Below, in pieces: positions 1 through 9,072 of a DNA stretch of 64,000 nt. This DNA comes from an uncultured archaeon. GTDB taxonomy: Archaea; Thermoplasmatota; Penumbrarchaeia; JASLWR01. Made by a program: the position numbers and the translations under genes. The number at the start of each line of letters is the position of its first letter. The stretch's first letter is position 1. The stretch covers positions 1 through 64,000 of the forward strand of contig CAYFHS010000019.1 in assembly GCA_964342815.1 (NCBI GenBank). Reading direction: 5' to 3'. A model generated the notes under the pieces. The model saw nothing but the letters and a program-made list of their open reading frames with translations. It was not told the DNA's origin and made no database searches.

Positions 1-3000
1 CCCCCCAGGCCCCCCCCCCCTGACGCCCCCCCGCCAGTCAGCTCATCATATGGTTCCCTGGCGATTCCCATTCCCCCACAGTACTCATACAATGACCCTC
101 CCGTTTCTCCCCCCCCTGTCAGCTCATATGGTTCTAAGGCCGTTCCCGTACCTCAAAAATACTCCTATAGCACTCCTGCACCCGATCTGGACCGCGGTTA
201 CAATTCCGAAAAACCGAAATCCCCGGGACCCGATCCCGCAGCCGTCAATCTACGGGTGAAAGAAGCCTTTCACTGGATCAACAAGATGAAAAGTGCCGGG
301 ATGGAGCCAGCACCGGCATTTGAATTGCTTCAAAAAGCCCAGGCTCTGCTCTCCTCCGATCCCGCTGGAGCCATGGAGAGAGCGAATGAAGCTCAGGATT
401 GGTGTGAAAAGACCTTCGGAGAAGCAAAGGAGCTGCATACATCCGAGCTGGTGGAGACACAGACTCTCCTATCCTCGGCTTTGGACGAGGGAATAAGATA
501 CGATGAGGGTTCCGGTGAAATGGAAGCGGCTGTATTGGCATTCAAGTCAGATGATTTCTCAGATTTCTCTTACCGCATTGGCGTTATCAAAAAGAACGTC
601 GAAAATAAGAAGAACATGAGAAAATACAACAGTCTCTTGAGAGAGTTCTCAACCAGGGTCAACTCTGTGAAAGGAATATTGGGTACGGCAGTGGCCGATT
701 TCGGCCTGGATGAGAAAGTAAGCGCGGCTGCAGATGGCCTGGTGGGGGGAACGTTCACCGAACTGGCGGAGATACTGGAGGAAGGAGATCGAATTCTCTC
801 AGACCTGGAAGAACTTGGAGAATCTATACAAGAAATTCCCATCCTGAAAGGAGAAATAGAAACCCTTCGGGATTTTGGGGTGGATGCAGATGGGATATTG
901 GGCGAGCTCTCAATGGCGGAAGAGAGTATTGGCCATGATAAATTTCGCTTCACCGCCCATTTCGAAAACGCGAAAGCTCAGATCCAGGGGGCTAAGGAGA
1001 AGCAAAAAGAGGAATACTTGGCCCAGCTTCTCATTGAATGCACCGATGCCGTAGGAAAACTGAATAACCTGGGAGTCAAAAACGACGAAATGGAAGGTGC
1101 TTTCGAGAGTATCACTGCTGGTATCGATAAAGGGGAGCTCGTGGAGGCCGAAGAAAAATTGAGTCGACTAGCTACCGATATTCTGACCACATATACCGGA
1201 GAACTGGGACAGATCGGAGCACGTATCGAGGAAGCTCAATCGAAAAATATTTTTATCCCGGATATAGAGGATACGCTTTCATTGACCGTTCAAGCGCTGA
1301 ATTCGAGAGATATCAAATCGCTTTCCGAGCATTTCGAGGTTGTATCAACAATAGTAAATGACTCTTTTGCTTCAGGAGATCTCAATGCAAGGCTAGCCGA
1401 GCTTCAGGAGAACCTTACAAAGAAAGAGTCGCTCATGGGAGAAAACAAGGCGGTAATGACCATAAAAAGGTTGTTTGAAAGGGTCATGGTGTTGGTCGAA
1501 CGGGGACAGAGCGACGGTGCGAAGGAGATAATGGAGGAGGCCGCAACTCAGTTAGAAGGACTCCGTGAAATGGAAGAAATGTTCGTAGAAATATCGGAAT
1601 TGAAGCGGGAGATGGTGGAGGGAAATTATCCCGATGATGCCTTGAAGAATCTAAAACGGGAACTGACCTTAGCTGAAAGGATGATGGATACAAATATTGA
1701 ATACGCAAAAAAATATCTTGGAAATGCAAACAACATGATGATGGAGCTGAGAGAGAGGTTCGTCGAAGAACGCATTGAGGGTCACATCGAAAGATGTCGT
1801 CTCGAGATAGAAGAACTGTGTGAGAGTGATGCCGACCTTTCCTTTGCCGGAGCCCTTCTAGAGAAAATATCTGACATATCAAAGGAAAAACGATTTGACG
1901 AGGCCGAGGTTCTTTTCAACAAGCTGGACGAAGAGATAGCCGAGCTGCAGAAAAAAATATTGAACGTAAAGTTCCAGGAAAGAATGGTTCAAGTGCAAGC
2001 CCGAATGGAAGCTCTAGCTGAAGAAGGTGTGGACCTTTCCTTTCAAACACCAATACTCAATGCCGCCATGGAAGCTATTCAATGGGGGGAGTTGGATAAG
2101 GCAATTTCATTATTGGAAGAGATAGATAATTCATTGGACAATCAGAAAAACTATGAAGAAACGATACAAATATTGAAAAGCATCAGAAAAGAACTCAATG
2201 AGATGGAAGAACGAGGTTTGGACATCAGAAAAGCCGAGGAAATATTATTGCTGGCTCGTCCCGAATTGGAGAAAGGAAATTATGATACTGTAAAAAAATA
2301 CGCAGAAGAGTGCCGAAAGACAATGAAGGAATGCCGCCATCAGGGAGAGATGTTCGAATCGCTGGAACGCCTCCACGAAGAAATTGAAGAAGCAAAAAAG
2401 GCTAAAATATATGTGAAAACGGCTCTTGAAATCGCTCAAGTCGCCCAAAATGCCATTGTTGAGTTCGACTTTTTACGGGCATCGAATTCCATTGAGAGTG
2501 CTAGAAAAAGCATACGGGATTCGGTGAAAGAATTTCATGAACTTACCGAACTGGTCAAACTATCCCGGCTCAAAATAGACGAAACGAAGGAATTGGGGGC
2601 GGATGTGCGAGAACTGGAAGGTCATTTCAATGAGATCAATATTTTTTTATCACAGGGTAGATATGAGGAAGCAAAGGTAATAGCCAAGAATATTGTTGAA
2701 CGTTCGCTGTCGGTACAATTGAAGCACATATCTAACAGAAGCAGCCCCGAACCTGCTCCTCCTCCCCCTTCCCATGAAGTCCCGATCCCCTCCCCATTAC
2801 CCCCCCTGGGAACACCTCCTGTTTCATCGGGCAGACCGATGCCGGTTCAATCTCGCCCGTCGCAGGTCCCTATCAGAACCGCAGGGCTTCCAACCCAAAA
2901 CAGGGAATGGGCTGGGACGGGTTATAAGAATCCCTCACCTCCAGAAGAAGTGCATAATGATCCACTTATGGTGGGACTTGGAAATTCTGCTCCGGGAAAT

Positions 3001-3186
3001 CCCGGTCAAGCAGCTGCTCCACCTGCAGCCAATACAGGTAAGTCAGGTGCTACAACTGATCTGTTGGCTGAGATAAGAAACATTTACAGTAAACTCGACA
3101 GCACTTCTATGAGCTGCCCCTTTTGCTCAGGCAACATCCCGCGAAACAGCACTTTCTGCTCACAATGCGGTAAAAGTCTTAAATAG
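1..3186 (+). CDS. Large coiled-coil/helical-repeat protein with Pro-rich segments and C-terminal double zinc ribbon; 5'-truncated at window edge
   Basis: ORF track gives 256..3186, but the same frame has no stop from position 1 (PPRPPPPDAPPPVSSSYGS...AVNLRVKE). Long E/K/L/A-rich helical region, Pro-rich linker, C-terminal CPFC...CSQC. Confidence 0.8.
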   Translation, partial: PPRPPPPDAPPPVSSSYGSLAIPIPPQYSYNDPPVSPPPVSSYGSKAVPVPQKYSYSTPAPDLDRGYNSEKPKSPGPDPAAVNLRVKEAFHWINKMKSAGMEPAPAFELLQKAQALLSSDPAGAMERANEAQDWCEKTFGEAKELHTSELVETQTLLSSALDEGIRYDEGSGEMEAAVLAFKSDDFSDFSYRIGVIKKNVENKKNMRKYNSLLREFSTRVNSVKGILGTAVADFGLDEKVSAAADGLVGGTFTELAEILEEGDRILSDLEELGESIQEIPILKGEIETLRDFGVDADGILGELSMAEESIGHDKFRFTAHFENAKAQIQGAKEKQKEEYLAQLLIECTDAVGKLNNLGVKNDEMEGAFESITAGIDKGELVEAEEKLSRLATDILTTYTGELGQIGARIEEAQSKNIFIPDIEDTLSLTVQALNSRDIKSLSEHFEVVSTIVNDSFASGDLNARLAELQENLTKKESLMGENKAVMTIKRLFERVMVLVERGQSDGAKEIMEEAATQLEGLREMEEMFVEISELKREMVEGNYPDDALKNLKRELTLAERMMDTNIEYAKKYLGNANNMMMELRERFVEERIEGHIERCRLEIEELCESDADLSFAGALLEKISDISKEKRFDEAEVLFNKLDEEIAELQKKILNVKFQERMVQVQARMEALAEEGVDLSFQTPILNAAMEAIQWGELDKAISLLEEIDNSLDNQKNYEETIQILKSIRKELNEMEERGLDIRKAEEILLLARPELEKGNYDTVKKYAEECRKTMKECRHQGEMFESLERLHEEIEEAKKAKIYVKTALEIAQVAQNAIVEFDFLRASNSIESARKSIRDSVKEFHELTELVKLSRLKIDETKELGADVRELEGHFNEINIFLSQGRYEEAKVIAKNIVERSLSVQLKHISNRSSPEPAPPPPSHEVPIPSPLPPLGTPPVSSGRPMPVQSRPSQVPIRTAGLPTQNREWAGTGYKNPSPPEEVHNDPLMVGLGNSAPGNPGQAAAPPAANTGKSGATTDLLAEIRNIYSKLDSTSMSCPFCSGNIPRNSTFCSQCGKSLK

Positions 3187-3270
3187 GGCGAAATAGAGAT
3201 GGGCGTAACCAGAATAATTCATCACTTTGCTTATTGGGAGTTCAGGGGTAATAATAATTATTATTGTTCT

Positions 3271-4014
3271 TTATTGCTGAGATGGGGGTCGTGGCGGACC
3301 CTGAGGTGGCATTTGACCGGCTGGAGGAGCTTGCTGTCCGGGGGGTGGTCCCTGTGGTCCGGGCTGCTGACCTGGAGGAGCTTGATACTGAATGTCCCGT
3401 CTTGGGGCGGCGGCCCCCATGGCCATCTGGATCTCTCTTTCAAGCAATTCCATCTGTTTATTAACTGCTTCTTTTTTTCTCGAACGCTCTTTTGATTTGT
3501 CGATCTTTTTCTTCAGATCTATAGAGAGGAGAAATATTCCGACAAAAGCAACACCAAGTCCCAGGATTATCACGCCTATCCCAGGCAGTCTGTAGGTGAA
3601 AGTTCCGGAAACTGCATCCGAGGCTGACCCTTCTATACAGGGTTGATTATAGGGTAGATTCCCTTCATCCAAATTTACCTGGCTGTACCTGAGATTGATC
3701 ACGTAATAGGAACCAACGTCCACGGTTAAAGGTTCATCATTGGAGGCATAAAAAACATATCCCCCCTCGAATTCATATTGATATGCAATCCAACCACGTC
3801 CATTCTCATCGATTTCCTTTCCATTGGTGGTATTGGTCGGAGCCTTGCTTATTTTACCGTATACAGTAAGAAAATCGCCTTTCGACATGTTCGGGATAAC
3901 TTCCGGCGTATCACAGACAAAATCGATAAAGAAGATTACTCCAGCGATTCCCAGGATAAATATCAATCCTCCCACAGCGATCAGTATGATGGGCAGTATC
4001 TTCATAGTATCCAT
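3271..4014 (-). CDS. Membrane protein with two TM segments and a Pro/Gln/Gly-rich cytoplasmic tail
   Basis: 247-aa ORF; hydrophobic N-terminus, second TM (GIGVIILGLGVAFVGIFLLSI), short coiled coil, PPGQQPGPQGPP tail. Confidence 0.8.
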   Translation of the reverse strand: MDTMKILPIILIAVGGLIFILGIAGVIFFIDFVCDTPEVIPNMSKGDFLTVYGKISKAPTNTTNGKEIDENGRGWIAYQYEFEGGYVFYASNDEPLTVDVGSYYVINLRYSQVNLDEGNLPYNQPCIEGSASDAVSGTFTYRLPGIGVIILGLGVAFVGIFLLSIDLKKKIDKSKERSRKKEAVNKQMELLEREIQMAMGAAAPRRDIQYQAPPGQQPGPQGPPPGQQAPPAGQMPPQGPPRPPSQQ

Positions 4015-4313
4015 ACCTCTATTTATCTTATCAATAAAGTTATATTCCTGTCCAGAGCGTGGTAGTTATTATGACAATCCATTTATAAAGATTTCGGAGA
4101 CATATTAAAAATTTTTAATCGATGAATCACCCACAGATGAATCTGAGGGTTTCATCATCGATGTCAGCGAACGTACCGCTCCGCTACATCCTGCGGATAG
4201 CCATCTTATCGTTGGGACAACTTCTGGTCAATATATTTATATCATATGGATAATTGTCCGATGAACGAGAACCAGTTTTACTAGGTTTTCAAGATTAGCC
4301 ACCGTGTTCGAAA

Positions 4314-4571
4314 ATGGGAAATTATTACGGTCCGTTGCGGAAGGACGGTGAAATTCTCAATAATGAAGAGGAAAAGACCATGTACACGATGTATCCGAAT
4401 TGCGGATTATGCGATAAAGGGATTCTGCTGCCTGTGAACATGGGAAACGAAGGTGAAAGAAGCGTCCTGTACAGATGTACGAACCCAGAATGCAATGCCT
4501 GCTTTAACGAGCACGGCTATCAGCTCTATGACGAGGAGACTCATGAATGGGTTCCCGAGATGAGGAAGTGA
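4314..4571 (+). CDS. Small putative zinc-ribbon protein
   Basis: 85 aa with CGLC and CTNPEC cysteine pairs; co-oriented and closely spaced with the next ORF. Confidence 0.7.
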   Translation: MGNYYGPLRKDGEILNNEEEKTMYTMYPNCGLCDKGILLPVNMGNEGERSVLYRCTNPECNACFNEHGYQLYDEETHEWVPEMRK

Positions 4572-4575
4572 CCCG

Positions 4576-4803
4576 TTGCTTTTAGACCCTATTCTGGACC
4601 AGGTGATGAAGGATCATTTGGACCTTTACGGCAGTGATAAGGGCGATTCGGGTTACGTGTGTTCGCATTGCTACAGGCGGATATTCGGAAGGGTTCACCG
4701 TATTGAGAACTATTACTTCGATGCATTTTGTTATTCCTTGCGTTTCAGTTTAGGATATGAGAAAATAAAGAGGGAACGGATTGAAGGATCTGAGACACCT
4801 TGA
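4576..4803 (+). CDS. Small putative zinc-binding protein
   Basis: 75 aa, CSHC...FDAFC; starts 4 nt after the previous stop; exact start codon uncertain. Confidence 0.6.
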   Translation: MLLDPILDQVMKDHLDLYGSDKGDSGYVCSHCYRRIFGRVHRIENYYFDAFCYSLRFSLGYEKIKRERIEGSETP

Positions 4804-4887
4804 GAGAAGATTGGGGAAAACATTTATCTACAACCTTTATTTATCCAATAATATTAAGAGCCATTATGGTGCTGGAGCGGTGGTCCC

Positions 4888-5163
4888 ATGAAAAAGATGG
4901 ATAAACTGAATAAGATGATACAGAAAAGCGAGGATAAGATAGGAGTTCACCAGGAAAAGATATTCAAGGCCAAGGAACTATCTTCTTTAGGAAAGATAAC
5001 CAAGGCCGAGTTCCACAAGATCAAGAGCAAACACTCCAATCTTATTCGAGAATTGAGAGATGAGATACGACGGAAGAAGATGGCGCGCCAGAATATTATG
5101 AAGAGGGACAAGGAGAAAGAAAAGGAGAAGGAAGACAAAAAGAAAAAATCCTTTTTTTTCTGA
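4888..5163 (+). CDS. Small basic coiled-coil protein
   Basis: 91 aa, Lys/Arg-rich helical; GGTGG-like RBS upstream (ggagcggtggtccc ATG). Confidence 0.7.
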   Translation: MKKMDKLNKMIQKSEDKIGVHQEKIFKAKELSSLGKITKAEFHKIKSKHSNLIRELRDEIRRKKMARQNIMKRDKEKEKEKEDKKKKSFFF

Positions 5164-5209
5164 TTTTAGATTATAATATGATGAACAATCGCAGCGAAAG
5201 GTGGTAAAA

Positions 5210-5377
5210 ATGCAAAAGCAACTTCTTTATGAGATCGAGATAGTCCGTGATGCCAATAAACTGGTCGCAACCATGAATTCACAAAGAAAACCTATAAGGA
5301 TATATGAGAGCAGGTCCTTCGAGGAACTTTTAGAACAGGTTGCAAAGGACATTCAGGAAGAAAACGAGGATAAGTAA
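5210..5377 (+). CDS. Small hypothetical protein, 55 aa (not in ORF track)
   Basis: Read by hand: MQKQLLYEIEIVRDANKLVATMNSQRKPIRIYESRSFEELLEQVAKDIQEENEDK*, preceded by RBS aaaggtggt. Confidence 0.7.
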   Translation: MQKQLLYEIEIVRDANKLVATMNSQRKPIRIYESRSFEELLEQVAKDIQEENEDK

Positions 5378-5430
5378 GGTTGGGATTTACTACTTCTCAT
5401 TTTTTCATTCGCCGTGCGTATAATAGGATA

Positions 5431-5622
5431 TCACATTGAAAAATCATCATCGTTGAGCATTAGGTGCAGACCGGAAAATTCATCACTGGGAGCTTCGTCA
5501 TCAAAGGGAATCCCGCCATCAAGTACCATGGCATATAGTGCTCTTACAATTGCCTTCAATTCCCGCACTTCTCCTCTCAGTTCATCGAGGGACTTGGTAA
5601 TCTCATCCTTTTGTTCAGGCAT
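5431..5622 (-). CDS. Small acidic protein with N-terminal coiled coil
   Basis: 63 aa; heptad pattern (LDELRGEVRELKAIVRAL) then acidic tail. Confidence 0.65.
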   Translation of the reverse strand: MPEQKDEITKSLDELRGEVRELKAIVRALYAMVLDGGIPFDDEAPSDEFSGLHLMLNDDDFSM

Positions 5623-5806
5623 TTTTTATCAACTCTAGATTATACTTACTCTGCTCTTTTCCAAAGAGCATATGACCTTCAGGTATATAAAGTCATTTCC
5701 ATGCTATTGCCATTTGTGAAAACCCGTTTCCCTATAAGGTTATGTGCTATCTAAACTTTTACTACAATAGTACGCATCTTCCCTGCTCACCAAACAGGAC
5801 AAGTGG

Positions 5807-6204
5807 TGACTTTACGTGTAAAGCCGTCCCATTCTGGTTCAACTTTACCAATAAGTCAGTCCAAATGTTCCTGACTTTACGTGTAAAGCCGTCCCATTCT
5901 GGCACGTCTTTACCAATAAGTCAGTCCAAATGTTCCTGACTTTACAAGTGAAGACACACCCCTTGGCGTGTCACACTTTCAAGCCGGAGTAGTACCCGAC
6001 TTTTCAAGTAAAGGCGACCCTGCTGGCTCCCGTAAGGAGCTTGCTCCTGAGGGAGAAGATGCATTTTCAATGCATCGGAGCGCAGTGTACTCGCCACACT
6101 TTCAAACCAAGCCAGAAGGACTTGGCTTTATGTGTAAAGCCGACCCATTCTGGTTCAACTTTACCAAGAAAACAGTCCAAATGTTCCTGACTTTACAAGT
6201 GAAG
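5807..6204. repeat. Three copies of a 65-bp non-coding repeat (5807-5871, 5872-5936, 6123-6187), copies 2 and 3 followed by TGACTTTACAAGTGAAG
   Basis: Direct reading: tgactttacgtgtaaagccgtcccattctggttcaactttaccaataagtcagtccaaatgttcc and two variants. Each unit begins with the near-palindrome GRCTTTAC-GT-GTAAAGCC. Unit length is not a multiple of 3. Confidence 0.95.
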
Positions 6205-6215
6205 TGCGGGCGCGT

Positions 6216-8573
6216 TTATCCTCGGCGGTGAATTACCTTCCACACGTTCTCGGGGGAAGCAGGGGTTCTCCTAACAGCCTTTCCTATAGCATGCCCCACG
6301 GCGTTCAACACTGCGGCGGGGGTGGGTATCAATGATGGCTCCCCGATACCCTTTGCACCATAGGGTCCAAAGGAGTCGGGTTCTTCGATGATCAAGGAAG
6401 TTATTTGCGGTGCATCCAGCGACGTGGGAATGTGATAATCCACGAGGGAAGGATTTAAAATTCGACCGTTCATGGTGACGAGTTCTTCCATGAGCCCATA
6501 GCCCATACCCTGCAGGGCCCCTCCCTCGATCTGCCCTTCGACGGTCTGAGGATTTATGGCCTTTCCCACATCATTGGCGCATGTCAATTTCTTGACCGTC
6601 ACCCGACCGGTATCCATGTCCACCTCTACTTCAGCAATGTGGCATGCAAAAGAGTAGGTGTAATAATCTCTGTATTTACCGTTCTCGAGGAGGGTGGGAG
6701 TGGAACAGAATCCGACTCCAAGGAGTCGTTTGGCCTCGCCGTAACAGTTTCGTACCAGCTCTTGGTAGTTCGCCTTGGTGGATATTTTATCGATATCGAC
6801 CGTATTGATCGTAATATCCGGTGGTACCATGTAAGGAGTGCCATTGGAGGAGATGACCGACCTGACTTTATCAACTCCCAGAACCCTGCATGCCATTTTC
6901 CTTATTTCGCAACCGGCCTCTTCCGCCCCTCTCCGCGTCGCTTCACCCATTACCGGGGTAACCCTAGAAGCAACGGACGGGCCGCTGTTCTGTATAATGG
7001 AGGTGTCCGCATCAAGTATCGTTACATAGCGTAGTGGGACACCAACCGCCTCGGCAGCTATTTGCGACAATACGGTTTTCGCCCCCTGGCCCATCTCCGT
7101 CCCCCCGGTTGTGATAATGACCGACCCGTCCTCTGTTATCTGGCAGGTGCTGGTTGCCGAATCGGGCGTTGGTCCTCCAAGGGCCACGCCGTACATAATG
7201 GTAGACATCCCGATCCCTTTGCGAATATTCGCGGCGCCGGTGGATGATTGTGCCATTTTCTCATTGAATTTTTCATATTCGCCTCTTCTCTCATCCCATT
7301 GGCTTGCATTAACGGCTTTTTCGATACACTCACTGAGACCTGCACCGCAGTTATCGAGCTTTTGTCCCTTTGCCGTAATTCCGTTTTTCCTGATTATGTT
7401 CTTCATGCGAAGTTCCAATGGATCCATACCTAGACGTCGGGCCAACTCGTCTATCTGCAGTTCGCTGGCCACTGCAACCTGGGGGCCGCCGAATCCCCTG
7501 AAAGCCCCGGTGAGAATGTTATTTGTATACACGAAGCTGGTATCCACTTTGGTGTTTGGTATTTCATATGCACCGCAAGCGTGTACCATGGCCCGTTTTT
7601 GAACGTATTTCCCAACGGAGCAGTACGCCCCCTGGTCGGATATGACCTCAACCCGGGCAGCCACCAGTTTCCCCTCAAGGGTCGCTCCCAGTCGATGCCG
7701 AATTACCATGGGATGTCTCTTGGTATGCATTACCATGGAATCCTCCCTGCTCCGTATTTTTCGGACCGGCCTCCGAAGAACATATGCTGCAAGGGCGGCT
7801 CTGGCGCAGAGTTCCGAGGGCACGTCCTCCTTTCCCCCGAAGGCGCCGCCAATTGCCGTCTGTATTATCCGCACCCTTGAGCGGGGAATTCCCAGTGCCC
7901 CCGCCACGGCATCCCTAACGTAGAAAGGGCACTGCAGAGAGCCGTATACTGTCACATTCCGTCCATCGCTGATGGCAACACATCGCTCCGTTTCGATAAA
8001 GGCATGTTCCTGATAACCGGGCCGGTATACCTCTTCTACAATAATCTCCGATTCCTGAAATCCTTTTTCCAAATCCCCCCTTTGAAATCCCATTTTCGAT
8101 AGTATGTTTCCGTTGTTGCCGTATTTACCGTCGGGGTGAACAAGAGGACTATTTGGTAACATTGCCTCTTCGGGGTCGAAAACACCCGTTAGCACTTCGT
8201 AGTCCACTTTAATAAGGTCAACTGCCTCGCGGGCGGTATCCTCCGTTTCCGCCACGACCATAGCAACACCATCGCCGAAATGCCGCACCTCATCTTCTGC
8301 GAAAACAGGTTGATCGGGTACTATTACACCGACGCTGTTCTCGCCGGGGATATCCTTGGACGAGAAGATACGAATAACGCCGGGCAATGCTTCAGCTTGG
8401 GAGGTATCAATCCGTACTATTCTTGCGTGGGCGCGCTCGCTTCGCTTTACCTTTGCATGCAGCATATTAGGGAAGTTCAGATCACCGGTATAGATACCCT
8501 CTCCCGTCACTTTCTCGAGAGCGTCGACCCGCTGGAGCGGTTTACCAACAACGAGCATTTCTTCTTCCGCCAT
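6216..8573 (-). CDS. Xanthine dehydrogenase family molybdopterin-binding subunit
   Basis: 785 aa; RVDALEKVTG, GGAFGGKE, GAFRGFGGPQ, EMGQG, GQIEGG...QGMG, AKGIGEP motifs. Confidence 0.95.
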   Translation of the reverse strand: MAEEEMLVVGKPLQRVDALEKVTGEGIYTGDLNFPNMLHAKVKRSERAHARIVRIDTSQAEALPGVIRIFSSKDIPGENSVGVIVPDQPVFAEDEVRHFGDGVAMVVAETEDTAREAVDLIKVDYEVLTGVFDPEEAMLPNSPLVHPDGKYGNNGNILSKMGFQRGDLEKGFQESEIIVEEVYRPGYQEHAFIETERCVAISDGRNVTVYGSLQCPFYVRDAVAGALGIPRSRVRIIQTAIGGAFGGKEDVPSELCARAALAAYVLRRPVRKIRSREDSMVMHTKRHPMVIRHRLGATLEGKLVAARVEVISDQGAYCSVGKYVQKRAMVHACGAYEIPNTKVDTSFVYTNNILTGAFRGFGGPQVAVASELQIDELARRLGMDPLELRMKNIIRKNGITAKGQKLDNCGAGLSECIEKAVNASQWDERRGEYEKFNEKMAQSSTGAANIRKGIGMSTIMYGVALGGPTPDSATSTCQITEDGSVIITTGGTEMGQGAKTVLSQIAAEAVGVPLRYVTILDADTSIIQNSGPSVASRVTPVMGEATRRGAEEAGCEIRKMACRVLGVDKVRSVISSNGTPYMVPPDITINTVDIDKISTKANYQELVRNCYGEAKRLLGVGFCSTPTLLENGKYRDYYTYSFACHIAEVEVDMDTGRVTVKKLTCANDVGKAINPQTVEGQIEGGALQGMGYGLMEELVTMNGRILNPSLVDYHIPTSLDAPQITSLIIEEPDSFGPYGAKGIGEPSLIPTPAAVLNAVGHAIGKAVRRTPASPENVWKVIHRRG

Positions 8574-8574
8574 A

Positions 8575-9072
8575 TCAATCCCCCTCCCTCAATGACTCTG
8601 CAGCCGCTTGCACGGCGCGGATTATTTTTGAATAACCGGTACAGCGGCAGAGATTTCCCGACAAGGCCAGACGGATATCGTCTTCGGTTGGTTCCGGATT
8701 ATCGGAAAGGAGCTGAACTGCACTCATTATCATGCCCGGCGTGCAGTACCCGCACTGGACCGCTCCTTCGTCGATAAATTTTTCCTGTAGGGCGTGAAGT
8801 TTTTCCCCGGTTGTGATCCCTTCCAAGGTCGTTATTTTCTTTCCATCGATCTGCGGCACCAGCAAGATACAGGAGCACATGTTCTTGCCGTCCACGAGAA
8901 CCGTGCAGGCACCGCACTCTCCCGTACCGCATCCTTCCTTCACTGATACCAATCCGTGAGTCTCCCTGAGTTGGTCGATAAGCCGCCTCCCCGTTATTAC
9001 CCTGGTACGAATAAAAACGTTGTTCAGGATGTATTCGACATCCACGGTGTTCTTGTTGCCGTCGCCGCCCAT
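8575..9072 (-). CDS. Xanthine dehydrogenase family 2x[2Fe-2S] subunit
   Basis: EGCGTGECGACTV...SC and QCGYC...NLCRCTGY motifs; abuts both neighbouring subunit genes. Confidence 0.95.
   Translation of the reverse strand: MGGDGNKNTVDVEYILNNVFIRTRVITGRRLIDQLRETHGLVSVKEGCGTGECGACTVLVDGKNMCSCILLVPQIDGKKITTLEGITTGEKLHALQEKFIDEGAVQCGYCTPGMIMSAVQLLSDNPEPTEDDIRLALSGNLCRCTGYSKIIRAVQAAAESLREGD

Noticed and set aside
5807-6204. CRISPR array
   Set aside because: The units are near-identical along their whole length with no unique spacers, and no cas genes are present.
5742-6231. ORFs 5742..5939 and 5968..6231 over the repeat
   Set aside because: The 65-bp unit shifts frame between copies and the translations are not protein-like; treated as chance ORFs.
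6216-8573. Aerobic CO dehydrogenase large subunit
   Set aside because: The active-site loop is AFRGFG rather than AYXCSFR.
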